Below are positions 13,777 to 26,212 of a stretch of 64,000 bases of DNA, in pieces. Position 1 is the stretch's first letter. Each line of letters begins with the position of its first letter. Source of the DNA: Octopus sinensis (Eukaryota); assembly GCF_006345805.1 (NCBI RefSeq), contig NC_042998.1, forward strand, positions 1,674,001 to 1,738,000. Direction: 5' to 3'. Below the pieces are notes generated by a model, which saw only the letters and a program-made list of their open reading frames with translations, searched no databases and was not told the DNA's origin. Made by a program: the position numbers and the translations under genes.

Positions 13777-13830
13777 AGCAAAAACTGTCTGATGAACGGC
13801 AACGAGAAACTCAGAGTAACAGATTTTGTT
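13777..13830 (+). ncRNA. Minimal type I hammerhead ribozyme (F3)
   Basis: AGCAAAAACTGT-CTGATGA-ACG-GCAA-CGA-GAAA-CTCAGAG-TA-ACAGATTTTGTT. 11/12 pairs in stem I, GNRA-capped stem II with an A.A closing mismatch, palindromic stem III. Lies in a TA-flanked element at about 13771-13925. Confidence 0.8.
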
Positions 13831-13943
13831 GAATTTTCTGCTGCTTTAAATAAAGCATATTACTCTACCACTGGTATTTGAGTACTCTTTTTTCCACCTT
13901 GTTTCACATTTATGTGTTTACTCCGTGTATATTATATATATAT

Positions 13944-13987
<44 letters not shown>

Positions 13988-13993
13988 ATATTA

Positions 13994-14025
<32 letters not shown>

Positions 14026-14027
14026 TA

Positions 14028-14084
<57 letters not shown>

Positions 14085-14182
14085 ATATATATATATATAA
14101 TATATATTATATATGGGGGGCGCAGGACAACAACAAAATAAGAAGTACGAGTACATGGAATATGAATTATTTTTTCGAAAAA

Positions 14183-14223
<41 letters not shown>

Positions 14224-14314
14224 CATATATATATACATATATATGCATATGTGGTGTGTGTGTGTGCGTGTGTGGTGCGTATTGTTGGTGCGTGTTGTGT
14301 GTGTGTGTGTGTGT

Positions 14315-14357
<43 letters not shown>

Positions 14358-14359
14358 AA

Positions 14360-14760
14360 AATGGGAAATTTTCGAATTATGGTTGTAATCTTTCTGTACA
14401 GTCGCCAATGAGTTGACTGATGTATATTTGGCAATATCGTGGGGAGGAAATTTGTTGTCCCTGGACCGGACATCTCTTTCAGATCGAATTTCATGTTGAG
14501 CCAAAGTAATTTCGATGGCAACCCGAGTATCTGATTATGTAAATGAGGTTTTGGAGAGGCGCAAGTGAAGTTTGAATATGATCTTGAATATTTGTCCTTG
14601 TTTGAAATGGAATTCAGATCCTTCCAACAGATTGGGACGTGTTCCGCAATAAAGGCGACCACACTTTACAACTCTTGCGTCCGTTGTTGTAGAGAATAGT
14701 TTGACATTGGTGAGAATTTTCTTCAATGTCTTAGGTTGTTATATGTGGAAACTAGGTCTC
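14360..14760 (-). pseudogene. Penelope-like (Neptune-type) GIY-YIG endonuclease remnant
   Basis: Across frames: [56 protein letters not shown], matching the Cys-linker plus GIY-YIG pattern of PLEs. Confidence 0.7.
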
Positions 14761-14764
14761 GTAG

Positions 14765-15220
14765 TGGTCATTAAGTGCTGCAGTGTTTTTTGGAAGCTGT
14801 ACTTTTGTGATTCTTTCTAACAATTTGCTTAAGAGTCCGACAGTCCCTTTCTGAAAGTTTGGTCTTCTTCTGGAGTTTTGTTTTGACGATGAGGTTTTTT
14901 CCCTCTTTCTCAAAGGCTGTCATTACTTTTGAGATAGTACTTCTTGATACACCAAACATTTCGGCTGTTTTCGTTACGCTAGTGCCCGCCATACGAGCAC
15001 CAACAATTTGGCCTCTTTGAAAGTCTGATAGATCTGTAATTTTAATGAATTTTAATTAACTTTTCTGATGATATCTAAAAAGAAACATCAATTTTAGCAA
15101 AAGATATTAAGAAACACTAATAATAAATCAAAAAAACTTTAAAATAAACAAGCTTTTGATGGTTTTATAGATATTTCAAAATTATGATGCTAGGTGTTCC
15201 ATTATTTTGTCCAACCTCTG
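14765..15220 (-). mobile_element. Tc1-like transposon 5' fragment
   Basis: TA + CAGAGGTTGGACAAAATAATGGAACACC terminus. DLSDFQRGQIVGARMAGTSVTKTAEMFGVSRSTISKVM helix-turn-helix and LSERDCRTLKQIV. Confidence 0.85.
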
Positions 15221-15250
15221 TATATATATATATAGGTGTGTGTATGTCTA

Positions 15251-15317
<67 letters not shown>

Positions 15318-15319
15318 TT

Positions 15320-15402
15320 ATGTCTTTGTCCCCCGCCACCGCTTGACAACCGGTGTTATGCTTATGTCCCTGTAACTTAGCGGCTCGGAAAAAGAGGCGC
15401 GC

Positions 15403-15433
<31 letters not shown>

Positions 15434-15660
15434 CATGTATGTGTATGTGTGTGTATGTGTCTGTATTTGTCCCTCCACCATCACTTGACAACCGATGCTG
15501 ATGTGTTTACGTCCCTGTAACGTTGCGGTTCGGCAAAAGAGACCAATAGAATAACTACTGGGCTTACACAGAATAAGTCCTGGGGTCGATTTGTTCGACT
15601 GAAGGCGGTGCTCCAACTTGGCAGCAGTCAAATGACTGAAACACATAAAAGAATAAATGA
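15320..15660 (+). mobile_element. Family B SINE 3' parts
   Basis: TTGACAACCG(A)TGCTG..GCGGTTCGGCAAAAGAGACC..GAATAAGTCCTGGGGTCGATTTG..CAAATGACTGAAAC. Confidence 0.8.
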
Positions 15661-15800
<140 letters not shown>

Positions 15801-17559
15801 ATATGTTTCTTTATTAGCCACACAGGGCTGCACACAGATAGAACAAATTACAAGGTAGAGCTTTTCTTTTGAAGGTTTAAAAAAAAAAAAAAAAAAAAAA
15901 AGGAAGGGGGAGTTTCGATCAAAAGGGATCGTAAAAGGAGAGAAAGAGGACAAAAAAAAGGGGGGTTAAAAAAAAAAAAAAAAAAAAGGGGAGAGGAAAA
16001 AAAAATTGATCAATAGGGATCGTTATCACAGAAATGTCAATATGAAGTGTAAAGGGGAGGACAGGTGAGGTTTACCCGTGGAAAGAAAAGCCTACGGAAA
16101 AGACCACGGTAACCTCGGTCAATGAAGTCACATTTTATATTTCTTTTTTTTTTTTTTTTTTTTGCAAATAAGCAACTCTCGTGTTTCGATTTCTGGGTTC
16201 ATAGGACTATGCTCAAGGTGGCTTCGTCATTCATACGTGCCATTCTTGCTACATTCACCCATCTTTTTTTAAAACATTCGCTAGACAAAACTTGCCTCTC
16301 TACTCTCACTTTCCTTTTCAAGTGGTACTTGAAGAAGTTGATGAGAGATTGACCAGAGAGGAAGTGTTTGTCTCCAATCCTTTCAGACGCGTCCACCAGA
16401 TACATTCTTTCGCCATAGCCACAAGGATGATGAAAATAGCTCTTCCTTCCCGTTTGAAGGAAGGAGGCGTGACAATATTGACGATAGACTCAGCTGATAA
16501 CCGACTCGTCCCACACGTGACAGCATTTGTTCGACATAAGCCCACAGGTCGGAAATTGTTGGACACTGAACGAGTGCGTGCAGAACGGTTTCGTCGCTCT
16601 GAGCCGCATCTCGGGCAGGTCGGCCCCGTGTTTCTCGAGCCGTGTCTGTAGAGCTTATCCCGAACGGGTAGCGCTTCTCGGTAGCACTGCCAGGCCAGGG
16701 ATCTCTGGAAGTTGTCCATGGGCCCTGGCCCGAAAGTCGTCCCGAACAGGCGGGTCAGGTAACTCCTCGTCGACGTCCAGGTTCGCCCCGAGCTCGTCGT
16801 CGTACTTCCCCTCCACTAAACCCCTATAGAATGCTTTGGTTGTGTGAAGTCACTTAAGGTCGACCCAGGACGGCAGAGTTGCTTGAGAGCAACGCGACAC
16901 TCGGGTGCCATTCGCCCTTCCTCGGCCTCTTTTTGATCCACGACTGCAATTCGGTCATGGAGACGAGCTGCGGGAAAGCGTGCCTCACAAACGGCGACCC
17001 ACCTGTTCACCGTCGTCTACATAGAGCCAGAGATGTCGCAGTCTCAGCGCGTGGCTGCGCATCATCAACCACGGCATGCCCAGCCCTCCTTTTAACGGGT
17101 GTTGACAGCAAATGGATCGCCTGACCATCGGGACGCATCCTTTCCACAAGAAGCGAAAGAGGATGCGTTGTAGTTGGTGATGGTAGGGTCGGGACAAGGT
17201 ACGACGGTCAGGCGGTAGTAGATGACGGACGCGATGTACGTGTTCGCCACCCTTCCGCTCGACCTTTTAGGGACAGTTTCCTCTCGGCCCACTGCCGGGC
17301 GAGAGTGACCCCCTACTCGTCATCTCGTTCCAGTTCTTCTCCACTTGGAGGTCCGGACCAAAAACCAGACCGAGCAACTCAACCGGGCCGTCGGTCCAGC
17401 GTCCCACGACGGAGGCGCTGGTGGACGGCATGGGCTTGCTTCTCCAGGTGCCTAGTCGCAAGCCACTGACTTTTCCCGGTTGATTTTCGCCTGTCACCGC
17501 TTCGTAGTTTTTCAGTGTCTCGCCGACCAGCGCGATGTGTGCTCGTGGCTAGACACTAT
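15801..17559 (-). mobile_element. Tx1-clade LINE copy 1 (5'-truncated after the YADD motif)
   Basis: ORF2 C-terminus (NFQRSLAWQCYREALPVRDKLYRHG..CPRCG; stop at 16199) and a roughly 400-bp U-rich 3' UTR ending AATAAAGAAACATAT. Homology to copy 3 stops at 17559. Confidence 0.92.
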
Positions 17560-17874
<315 letters not shown>

Positions 17875-17999
17875 TATGTTTCTTTATTAGCCACACAGGC
17901 TGCACACAGATAGTACAAATTACAAGGTAGAGCTTTTCTTGGGGGTAAATAAAAAAAAAAAAAAAAGGAGAGTGGTGGTTTTCGATCAACAGGGATCAA

Positions 18000-18001
<2 letters not shown>
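17875..18001 (-). mobile_element. Tx1-clade LINE copy 2 (about 127 bp, 3' terminus only)
   Basis: ATATGTTTCTTTATTAGCCACACAGGCTGCACACAGATAGTACAAATTACAAGGTAGAGC is near-identical to 15801-15870. Confidence 0.9.
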
Positions 18002-18087
<86 letters not shown>

Positions 18088-18132
18088 GACAGTAGATAGA
18101 TAGATAGATAGATAGATAGAAGATAGATAGAT

Positions 18133-18167
<35 letters not shown>

Positions 18168-18181
18168 GTAGGTAGATAGAT
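18002..18181. repeat. (GATA)n array 3
   Basis: Direct; lies between copy 2 (5' end) and copy 3 (3' end). Confidence 0.95.
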
Positions 18182-21100
18182 AAGTTTCTTTATTGGCCAC
18201 ACGGGCTGCACACAGAAGATGACAAGTTACAAGGTAGAGCTTTCTTTTGGGGGATGAAGAGAAAAAAAACAAAAGAAAAAAAGGGGATGGCGTAGGTTTT
18301 CGATCAGAGAGGATCGTAAAAGGGAAGAAAAGAACAAAAAAAAAATTTGAATAAAATAAAAGGAATAAAAAAAAAAAAAAAGAAAAGGAAAAGGAACAAA
18401 AGGAAGAGAAATGAAAAAAGAAGAAAAAAAGGGGAAAAAAAAGGGGAGAAGAGGAAAAAAAACGATCAATAGGGATCGTGTATCACAGTGTTATGATATA
18501 TGGTGTAAAGGGGAAAGCAAGTAAGGTATCCGTGGGAAGAAAAGCCTACGAAAAAGACCACGGTAACCTTGGGTCAATATTGTTATATGTTACCACATTT
18601 GTTTGCAAGTGGGTAACCCTCTGTTTTCAATTTCTGGGTTCATAGGATTATGCTCAAGGTGGCTTCGTCATTCATACGTGCCATCCTTGCTACATTCACC
18701 CATCTTTTTTTAAAACATTCGCTAGACAAAACTTGCCTCTCTACTCTCACTTTCCTTTTCAAGTGGTACTTGAAGAAGTTGATGAGAGATTGACCAGAGA
18801 GGAAAGTGTTTGTCTCCAATCCTTTCAGACGCGTTCACCAGATACATTCTTTCGCCATAGCCACAAGGATGATGAAAATAGCTCTTCCTTCCCGTTTGAA
18901 GGAAGGAGGCGTGACAATATTGACGATAGACTCAGCTGATAAACCGACTCGTCCCACACGTGACAGCAGTTGTTCGACATAAGCCCACAGGTCGGAAATT
19001 GTTGGACACTGCACGAGTGCGTGCAGAACGGTTTCGTCGCTCTGACCGCATCTCGGGCAGGTCGGCCCCGTGTTTCTCGAGCCGTGTCTGTAGAGCTTAT
19101 CCCGAACAGGTAGCGCTTCTCGGTAGTACTGCCAGGCCAGGGATCTCTGGAAGTTGTCCATGGGCCCTGGCCCGAAAGTCGTCCTGAACAGGCGGGTCAG
19201 GTACTCCTCGTCGACGTCCAGGTTCGCCCCGAGCTCGTCGTCGTACCTCCCCTCCCCTAATCCCCTATAGAATGCTTTGGTTGTGTTGAAGTCACTCAAG
19301 GTCAACCGGGACGGCAGAGTTGCTTGAGAGCAACGCGACACTCGCGGTGCCATTCGCCTTCCTCGGCCTCTTTTTGATCCACGACTGCAATCGGTCATGG
19401 AGACGAGCTGCGGGAAAGCGTGCCTCACAAACGGCGACCACACCTGTTCACCGTCGTCTACATAGAGCCAGAGATGTCGCAGTCTCAGCGCGTGTCTGCG
19501 CATCATCAACCACGGCATGCCAGCCCTCCTTTTAACGGGTTGTGACAGCAAATGGATCGCCTGACCATCGGGACGCATCCTTTCCACAAGAAGCGAAAGA
19601 GGATGCGTTGTAGTTTGGTGATGGTAGGGTCGGGACAAGGTACGACGGTCAGGCGGTAGTAGATGACGGACGCGATGTACGTGTTCGCCACCTCCGCTCG
19701 ACCTTTTAGGGACAGTTTCCTCTCGGCCCATTGCCGGGCGAGAGTGACCACCCTACTCGTTATCTCGTTCCAGTTCTTCTCCACTTGGAGGTCCGGACCA
19801 AACCAGACCCCGAGCAACTCAACCGGGCCGTCGGTCCAGCGTCCCACGACGGAGGCGCTGGTGGACGCCATGGGCTTGCTTCTCTCCAGGTGCCTAGTCG
19901 CAAGCCCACTGACTTTTCCCGGTTTTTTCGCTCCTGTCACGCTTCGTAGTTATTCAGTGTCTCGCCGACCTGCTCGATGTGCTCGTGGCTAGACACTATG
20001 ACGGTGACGTCGTCCGCGTATGCAGACACACTCGTCCCGCATCCCAGTTCTCGTGGGATGCCCCTCAAAGTTGCCAGCTTCCGCAATAATGGCTCGAGAG
20101 TCAATACGTATAGAAGCGACGAGAGGGGGCATCCCTGACGGACCGAACGTGCGATGTCGAAGGGTCTCGATAGATGTCCATTCACGCGAATTACCGAACG
20201 GATGCCTCTGTACAAAGCGGCTATCCAGCCGCGGAAGACGGGACCGAATCCTGCCGCTCTGAGGACCGCCTCCAAGTATCGATGGTCTACCCTATCGAAA
20301 GCTTTCGATTGATCCAAATTGATCAGCGCCCCACCCATGCCAGGTTCGTTAACTACCCTGTCTATGATGTAGCGCATCAGGTGGAGGTTGTCATGGATGG
20401 TCCGGCCTGGCACGGCGCATGTTTGCGCCTTGTCGACCAGTTTCTCGATGACAAGCGCCAACCTCTTGGCTAGCACCTTGGCCAAAATTTTCAAGTCTGC
20501 ATTGAGCAGAGTGATGGGCCTAAAGTTATCTATTACATTTCCCTTGTTTAGATCTTTCTTCAGCAGTGTTACGGCTCCTCGGCTCACAAAACCAGGAATG
20601 CTCCCGTTTTGGCTGCCAGTTGCAGTACAACCGCCGCCAAGAGATCTCCAAACAAGTCTGGCATACAATTGTAAAGCTCGTAGGGTAGACCATCCAAACC
20701 CGGTGATTTGTCCCTCGAGCATTCTGCCATCGCCGCCTGCACTTCCGCCGCCGAGATGGCACCTTCGCAGCACCCTGCCTTTCTTGTCGAGAGTCGTGGT
20801 AGGCTATGTAGGTAGGCACTGAAGTCCACCCTACGTTCTTGCCCTCCACTCGTCCCGAACAGTCGGGCAAAATGCTGCTGAAAGGCCTCACACATTTTAC
20901 TTGGCTCGAGCAATTCGCGCCCCTGTTCGTCTACCAGGGATCGAATGGTGGCTTTGTTGCCCTGTTGCGCCTCTGCCACCCGGGCCTCTCTCGCAGCTCC
21001 AACACCTTCGTTCCTTAGAGCACGCATCCTAGCTCTGACAGCACATCCTTCGTGTTTGGCGTTGAAGTGTTGATCGAGGGCCAACCTCGCCGCCAAAACG

Positions 21101-22039
21101 TCGGATGCGATGCCGCTTCTGGCTTCTTCTGGCTTCTTAACTAGCTCACCCTCAACTCTATTTCTATCTATGGCTAGTGCTTTGCTGTACCTAATCGCTT
21201 CTGCTTTTACTGCTCTCTTGAGGGCAAACCACCATTTGTTGTTGATGATGGCTCCCGTCAAAGCCCTCTTTACTAGTGTGCTAATCCGGTCTCTGAAAAC
21301 CTGTCTCGAGGGAAAGACGCGTTTAGTTTCCAGTATCCGGGACCCTGCCTAAGTGTCGTACCTAAGTTTAGCGTACATGTCACAAGTTTGTGATCCGTGT
21401 AGCTGACTATGTGAATTGTGGACATCCTATGCTATCTCTGTCTACTGTCCTACACAGTATCCTATCTAGATACGATCTCGACGACCCGATGCGGTTGCTC
21501 CATGTCCACGTTGGCGCATTCGGGTGGTCTAGTCGGACCTGTCAGACAGTTGAAAGCGTCTGAGCAGGTCTCTGAGGCATTTGCATCCCCGTCTATTCTA
21601 TCTCTACCCACGTAGTCTACATGCGTGTCCAAGGTAGCATTCCAATCCCCCACTAAGAGTAAAGGACGAGTCGTTCCCAAGAATACTTCTAGACGTTGAA
21701 AGAAATCCGCCCGACCTGTTTAAGGGCGGTGTAGACTGATACGAGTCGAAAAGCGCACCCATGCTGCCGTCGACATCAGGACGACCAGTCTACCCTCTGG
21801 GTCTACGAATATTGTCCTTACTTTGAGGTCCAGACTCTTGCGAAAAAGTACCGCGGTGCCACTACCGCCCATTCTCGGCAGACAGGGGGGGAAATAAATG
21901 TTGAACTGTCCGCCAAACATGGTCTTTAGGGCCCGCGGATTGTGGAGTCTGGTCTCACTTATGGCTATAATTTCTAACTTATGTGACTTTATGTCATTTA
22001 AGAGGTACCCTTGTTTCCAAGGGGACCCCAAGCCACGGA
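18182..22039 (-). mobile_element. Tx1-clade LINE copy 3: near-complete ORF2 (APE endonuclease, RT, zinc finger), frameshifted
   Basis: RGLGSPWKQ..ISETRL..GTAVLF, LLLVGDWNA, SPGLDGLPYELY, NFRPITLLNADLKILAKVLA, AQTCAVPGRTIHDNL, LDQSKAFDRVDH, VRQGCPLS, AYADDV, CPRCGQSDETVLHALVQC. Confidence 0.95.
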
Positions 22040-22057
22040 GGTAGGTAGGTAGGTGGG

Positions 22058-22137
<80 letters not shown>
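22040..22137. repeat. (GGTA)/(GATA)n array 4
   Basis: Direct; at the 5' junction of copy 3. Confidence 0.95.
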
Positions 22138-22444
22138 ATCACCATTCTTCCCCTGACACTTTCACTGAAGATTGAAACGAATATTAATTTCAAATTATCT
22201 CCAATAGTGTCTCACTGAGTTATGTCCCTTATTGCACAGCGATTACGGCTTTGGCTCTCACTAATTACCTCCCTTGTATTTCTTTTTTTTTCTTAATTTG
22301 TGCAAAGGGAGACAACAAAGGTAACTTCAAAAGATTTGTACAAAAATGTCTAAAAACCGCTTCGACTTTTTTTTCAAGACTCACGAAATTCGAGTCTTTG
22401 TCGTTAGGACTCACAAATTGAAGCATCGCGAGTCGGTCAATACT

Positions 22445-23475
22445 GTCTACTCTTTTACTCTTTTACTTGTTTCAGTCATTTGACTGTGACCATGCTGGAG
22501 CACCGCCTTTAGTCGAGCAACTCGACTCCTGGACTTATTCTTTGTAAACCTAGTACTTATTCTATCGGACTCTACAGATGTGAGTTCAAGTCCTACAAAC
22601 AGCTTTCGACTTCTCCTGTCTTAGCAGTATAGCAAAGAGACCGATGGTATAAGTACCAGGCTTTAAAGGGAAAAAAACCAACATAAATACTGGGATCGAT
22701 TCGTTCGACTAAACCCTTCAGGCCAGTGCCCCAGCATGGCCGCAATCCAGTGACTCAAACATGTACAAGAGAGAAAAGAAGAAAAAAAACTGAAGAAAAA
22801 TGTTTAAATTTCGTGGCAGATGTAATTATTACTACCTTTTCAAACATTGCATCATTTACCTTTGATAGCTGGGATTCGTAATAGGGACACATTGTGTTGG
22901 GGAGAGTATGATCGAATCTATTGATCTCAGTACTTGATGCTATTTTATCGATAACAGAGAATGAAAGGTGGAGTCGTCCTCAGCAGTATAAAGGAACATA
23001 ACAAACTATTTTGTTTTCTTTTTATATGCACAGGGACTGTGGGTAGGTGCTAGTCGATTATATCGACCCCACTGCCTGAAATTTGAATAAAGGGGTTTTA
23101 GACGATTTAATCGACCTTAGTACTTAACTGGTACTTTATTTTTATCTACTCCAGAAAATATAAAAAGTAAAGCTGATTACCTCGGGATACGAACTTAAGA
23201 CGTGCAAAAATGCAATTAGATATCGCATGACATTTTGGCTGTTACTGCAAGAATAGTAATGATTCTTTGTATTAAAGACACAAAGCCTGAAATCTTGGTG
23301 GAGGGATCTAGTCGATCACATCGCCCCCAGTGCTCAACTGGTACTTATTTTATCGACCCCGAAAAGATGAAAGATCAAGTCAACATCGGTAACATTTGAA
23401 CACAGAACGTAAAGACGGTCGAAATGTCGCTAAGCACTTTGCCCAGCGTGCTAACGATTCCGCCAGCTCGCCCGT
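22445..23475. mobile_element. Cluster of family A and B SINE fragments
   Basis: B tail at 22445-22570 (-), B tail at about 22620-22790 (+), and several A-type cores. A complete A copy lies at about 23263-23473 (-). Confidence 0.75.
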
Positions 23476-23479
23476 CTTC

Positions 23480-23514
<35 letters not shown>

Positions 23515-23703
23515 AGTAGTAGTAGTAGTAGTTGCAGCAGCAGCAGCAGCGCAGCAGCAGCAGCAACAGCAACAGCAGCAGCAGGAGGGGAGGGGGAGGA
23601 GGAGGAGGAGGTGGTGGAGGAAGAAGAAGAAGAAGAAGAAGAAGAAGAAGAAGAAGAAGAAGAAGAAGAAGAAGAAGAAGAAGAAGAAGAAGAAGAAGAA
23701 GAA
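23476..23703. repeat. Compound trinucleotide array (AGT)n-(GCA)n-(GGA)n-(GAA)28
   Basis: Direct; explains the poly-S/Q/K/F ORFs. Confidence 0.95.
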
Positions 23704-24245
23704 TGTGGCTCTCATGGTTTCTGATCTTAACTGATTGGAAGTGTTATCATGTACATTGTTTCGTCTTGGTATAAAAGATGGGCTACAGCAAATATTCTGC
23801 TCAATACCACAGATTTGCTTATCAGTTGTTTGACCGTAACCAGTTGAGCATGTCCCTTAGAGGCTGACGATATGTGCATCTCTGATCACGAGCAGAAGTA
23901 GTGGGGGAGCATCATAGCCATGTGTTGAGAGGGATTCTTTGAGGTTTGAATAATTCACCTCTGGAAACTTGGGTGGTTTTTTCAACATCCTTAAACAACC
24001 CTTATTCAGGGACCGTTTGAGCGGGATGGGCTACTCAACCTGAAGAAAAATTCTTCTGGGCCCCACCTGCAAGGTCATGTGCTTTTATCTTGATATGAGA
24101 TCACCATGTCGCGCACATATGGTTGTGATGCATGTGCCTGGTGTACCTTTATCAGACGGGTAGTCATGATGGGTATACTGGGCTTCATATATTTTACCCC
24201 AGTGTCACTTTGATGGCATGAACTGCTCTCTCACTCAATAATAAT
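23704..24245. repeat. Interspersed repeat of unknown class
   Basis: Non-coding complex sequence bounded by simple repeats. Recognised from memory as an abundant octopus repeat; only one copy in this window. Confidence 0.35.
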
Positions 24246-24407
24246 AATAATTCTTAAACATTCTCTAGAACAACACTATGTACAAAACCAAATATATGGC
24301 ACCCTAGGTATAACACCAACATGAACTTCCAACTTGTTGTCTCTTGAGGTCTCTGGGTGAGACTTGGAGCCAACTAGTACAAATGTAAAGGAAAAGTCAA
24401 ACATAAA

Positions 24408-24477
<70 letters not shown>

Positions 24478-24478
<1 letters not shown>

Positions 24479-24870
24479 TCTTTCCACTAATGGTACAAGG
24501 CCTGAAATTTTGGATGAGGGGACTAGTCGATTACATTGACCCCAGTGTTTCACTGGTACTTACTCAATCAACGCCGAAAGGATGAAAGGCAAAGTTGACC
24601 TCGGTGGCATTTGAAATCGGAACGTTAAAACCGGAAGAAATGCTGATATGCATTTTAACCGGCATCTTAAATATTGTTTCAAATTTTGACACAAGGCCAG
24701 TAATTTTGGAGGCGGGGGGGGCTAGTCGATTACATTGACCCCCGTTCTCAGCTACCACTTATTTCATCGATCCCGAAAAGATGAAAGGCAAAGTCGCCCT
24801 CGGAGGCATTTGTACTCAAAAAATAAAAGCCGGAACACATGCAGCTATGCCTTTTCTCCGACGTGCTAAA
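24478..24870 (-). mobile_element. Two family A SINEs
   Basis: Two GAAAGGATGAAAGGCAAAGT(T/C)G(A/C)CCTCGG cores in tandem. Confidence 0.8.
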
Positions 24871-24933
24871 TGTTACAACGAATTCGGTCCAGAGTTACAC
24901 TGGATTTTCAGTGCGCACGCGCGTGTGTGTGTA

Positions 24934-25012
<79 letters not shown>

Positions 25013-25386
25013 TATGTAAGAAAGGCAGGAAACCAGAATGAGGTCGAGAAGGAAATGCATAAATGCATGAACGAATAAATAAATGAAATGGATAAGATGG
25101 AGGAGAGATAAGCGTAGCGATGGGGTAGGAGTGAATGAAAGATAATGGGAGAATGGCGGCGGGAGAGGAGGAGGAGGAGGGGCGAGAAAGTATGATTGAG
25201 AAGATGGGAAACGGTAAAGGTATTAATAAACTGAGAGAGACGGATGGAGAGAAGGAGAGGCGGATAGAGAGAGCGATACAGTGTGTGGGTGTGTGTGTGG
25301 TAGACAGAGTATGTGTGAGTGTATGCTTGCAAATGGATATGTACATGTACGAGTGTGCGTATGAGTTGTGTACGTAGGTATGCGTG

Positions 25387-25447
<61 letters not shown>

Positions 25448-25519
25448 GTCGTGTGTGTGTGTGTGTGTGTGTGAAGTCGTGTGTGAGTGCGTCAGTGTGT
25501 CCATATATATACGTATACA

Positions 25520-25900
25520 GCTTCTTTTACTTGTTGCAGTCATTAGACTGAGGCCATACTGGAGTACCGCCGCCTTCAAGGATTTTGTCGAACGAATCTT
25601 ATTTATTAAAAGCTGGTATTTACTCCATCAGTTACTTCTGCCGGACTGCTAAGTTACGGGAACATATACAATCCAATATTAGTTGTCAAGCGATGGTGAG
25701 GGGAAGCAAACACACACACACACACTCACGCATATATATATATGTATGTATGTGTATATATATTATATATATATATATATAGATATATATATATATGTAT
25801 ATATACATATATAGGGCTTCTTTTCTTTCAGTTTCCGCCTACCAATCCAGTCACAAAGCTTGGTTGGCCCGGGACAATGTGGGACTGAAACCGGAAACAT
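25520..25900 (-). mobile_element. Family B SINE, 5'-truncated and diverged
   Basis: TTTTACTTGTTGCAGTCATT..GCCATACTGGAG..CAGTTTCCGCCTACCAATCC..TTGGTTGGCCCGG. Confidence 0.7.
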
Positions 25901-26029
25901 ATTGTTGAGAAGTAAAATTTTTACCTCACAGCTACATCTACACACACACCACACACACACACACACATACATACATACATACATATATATATACGTAAAT
26001 ATATATATATATAATATATATATATATAA

Positions 26030-26086
<57 letters not shown>

Positions 26087-26136
26087 TACATATATATATT
26101 ACATATATATATATTATATATATATTATATATATCT

Positions 26137-26189
<53 letters not shown>

Positions 26190-26212
26190 TATATATAGAA
26201 ATATATATATAG

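Noticed and set aside
23375-23774. Poly-S/Q/K/F/R ORFs
   Set aside because: Translation of the compound trinucleotide array next to a SINE.
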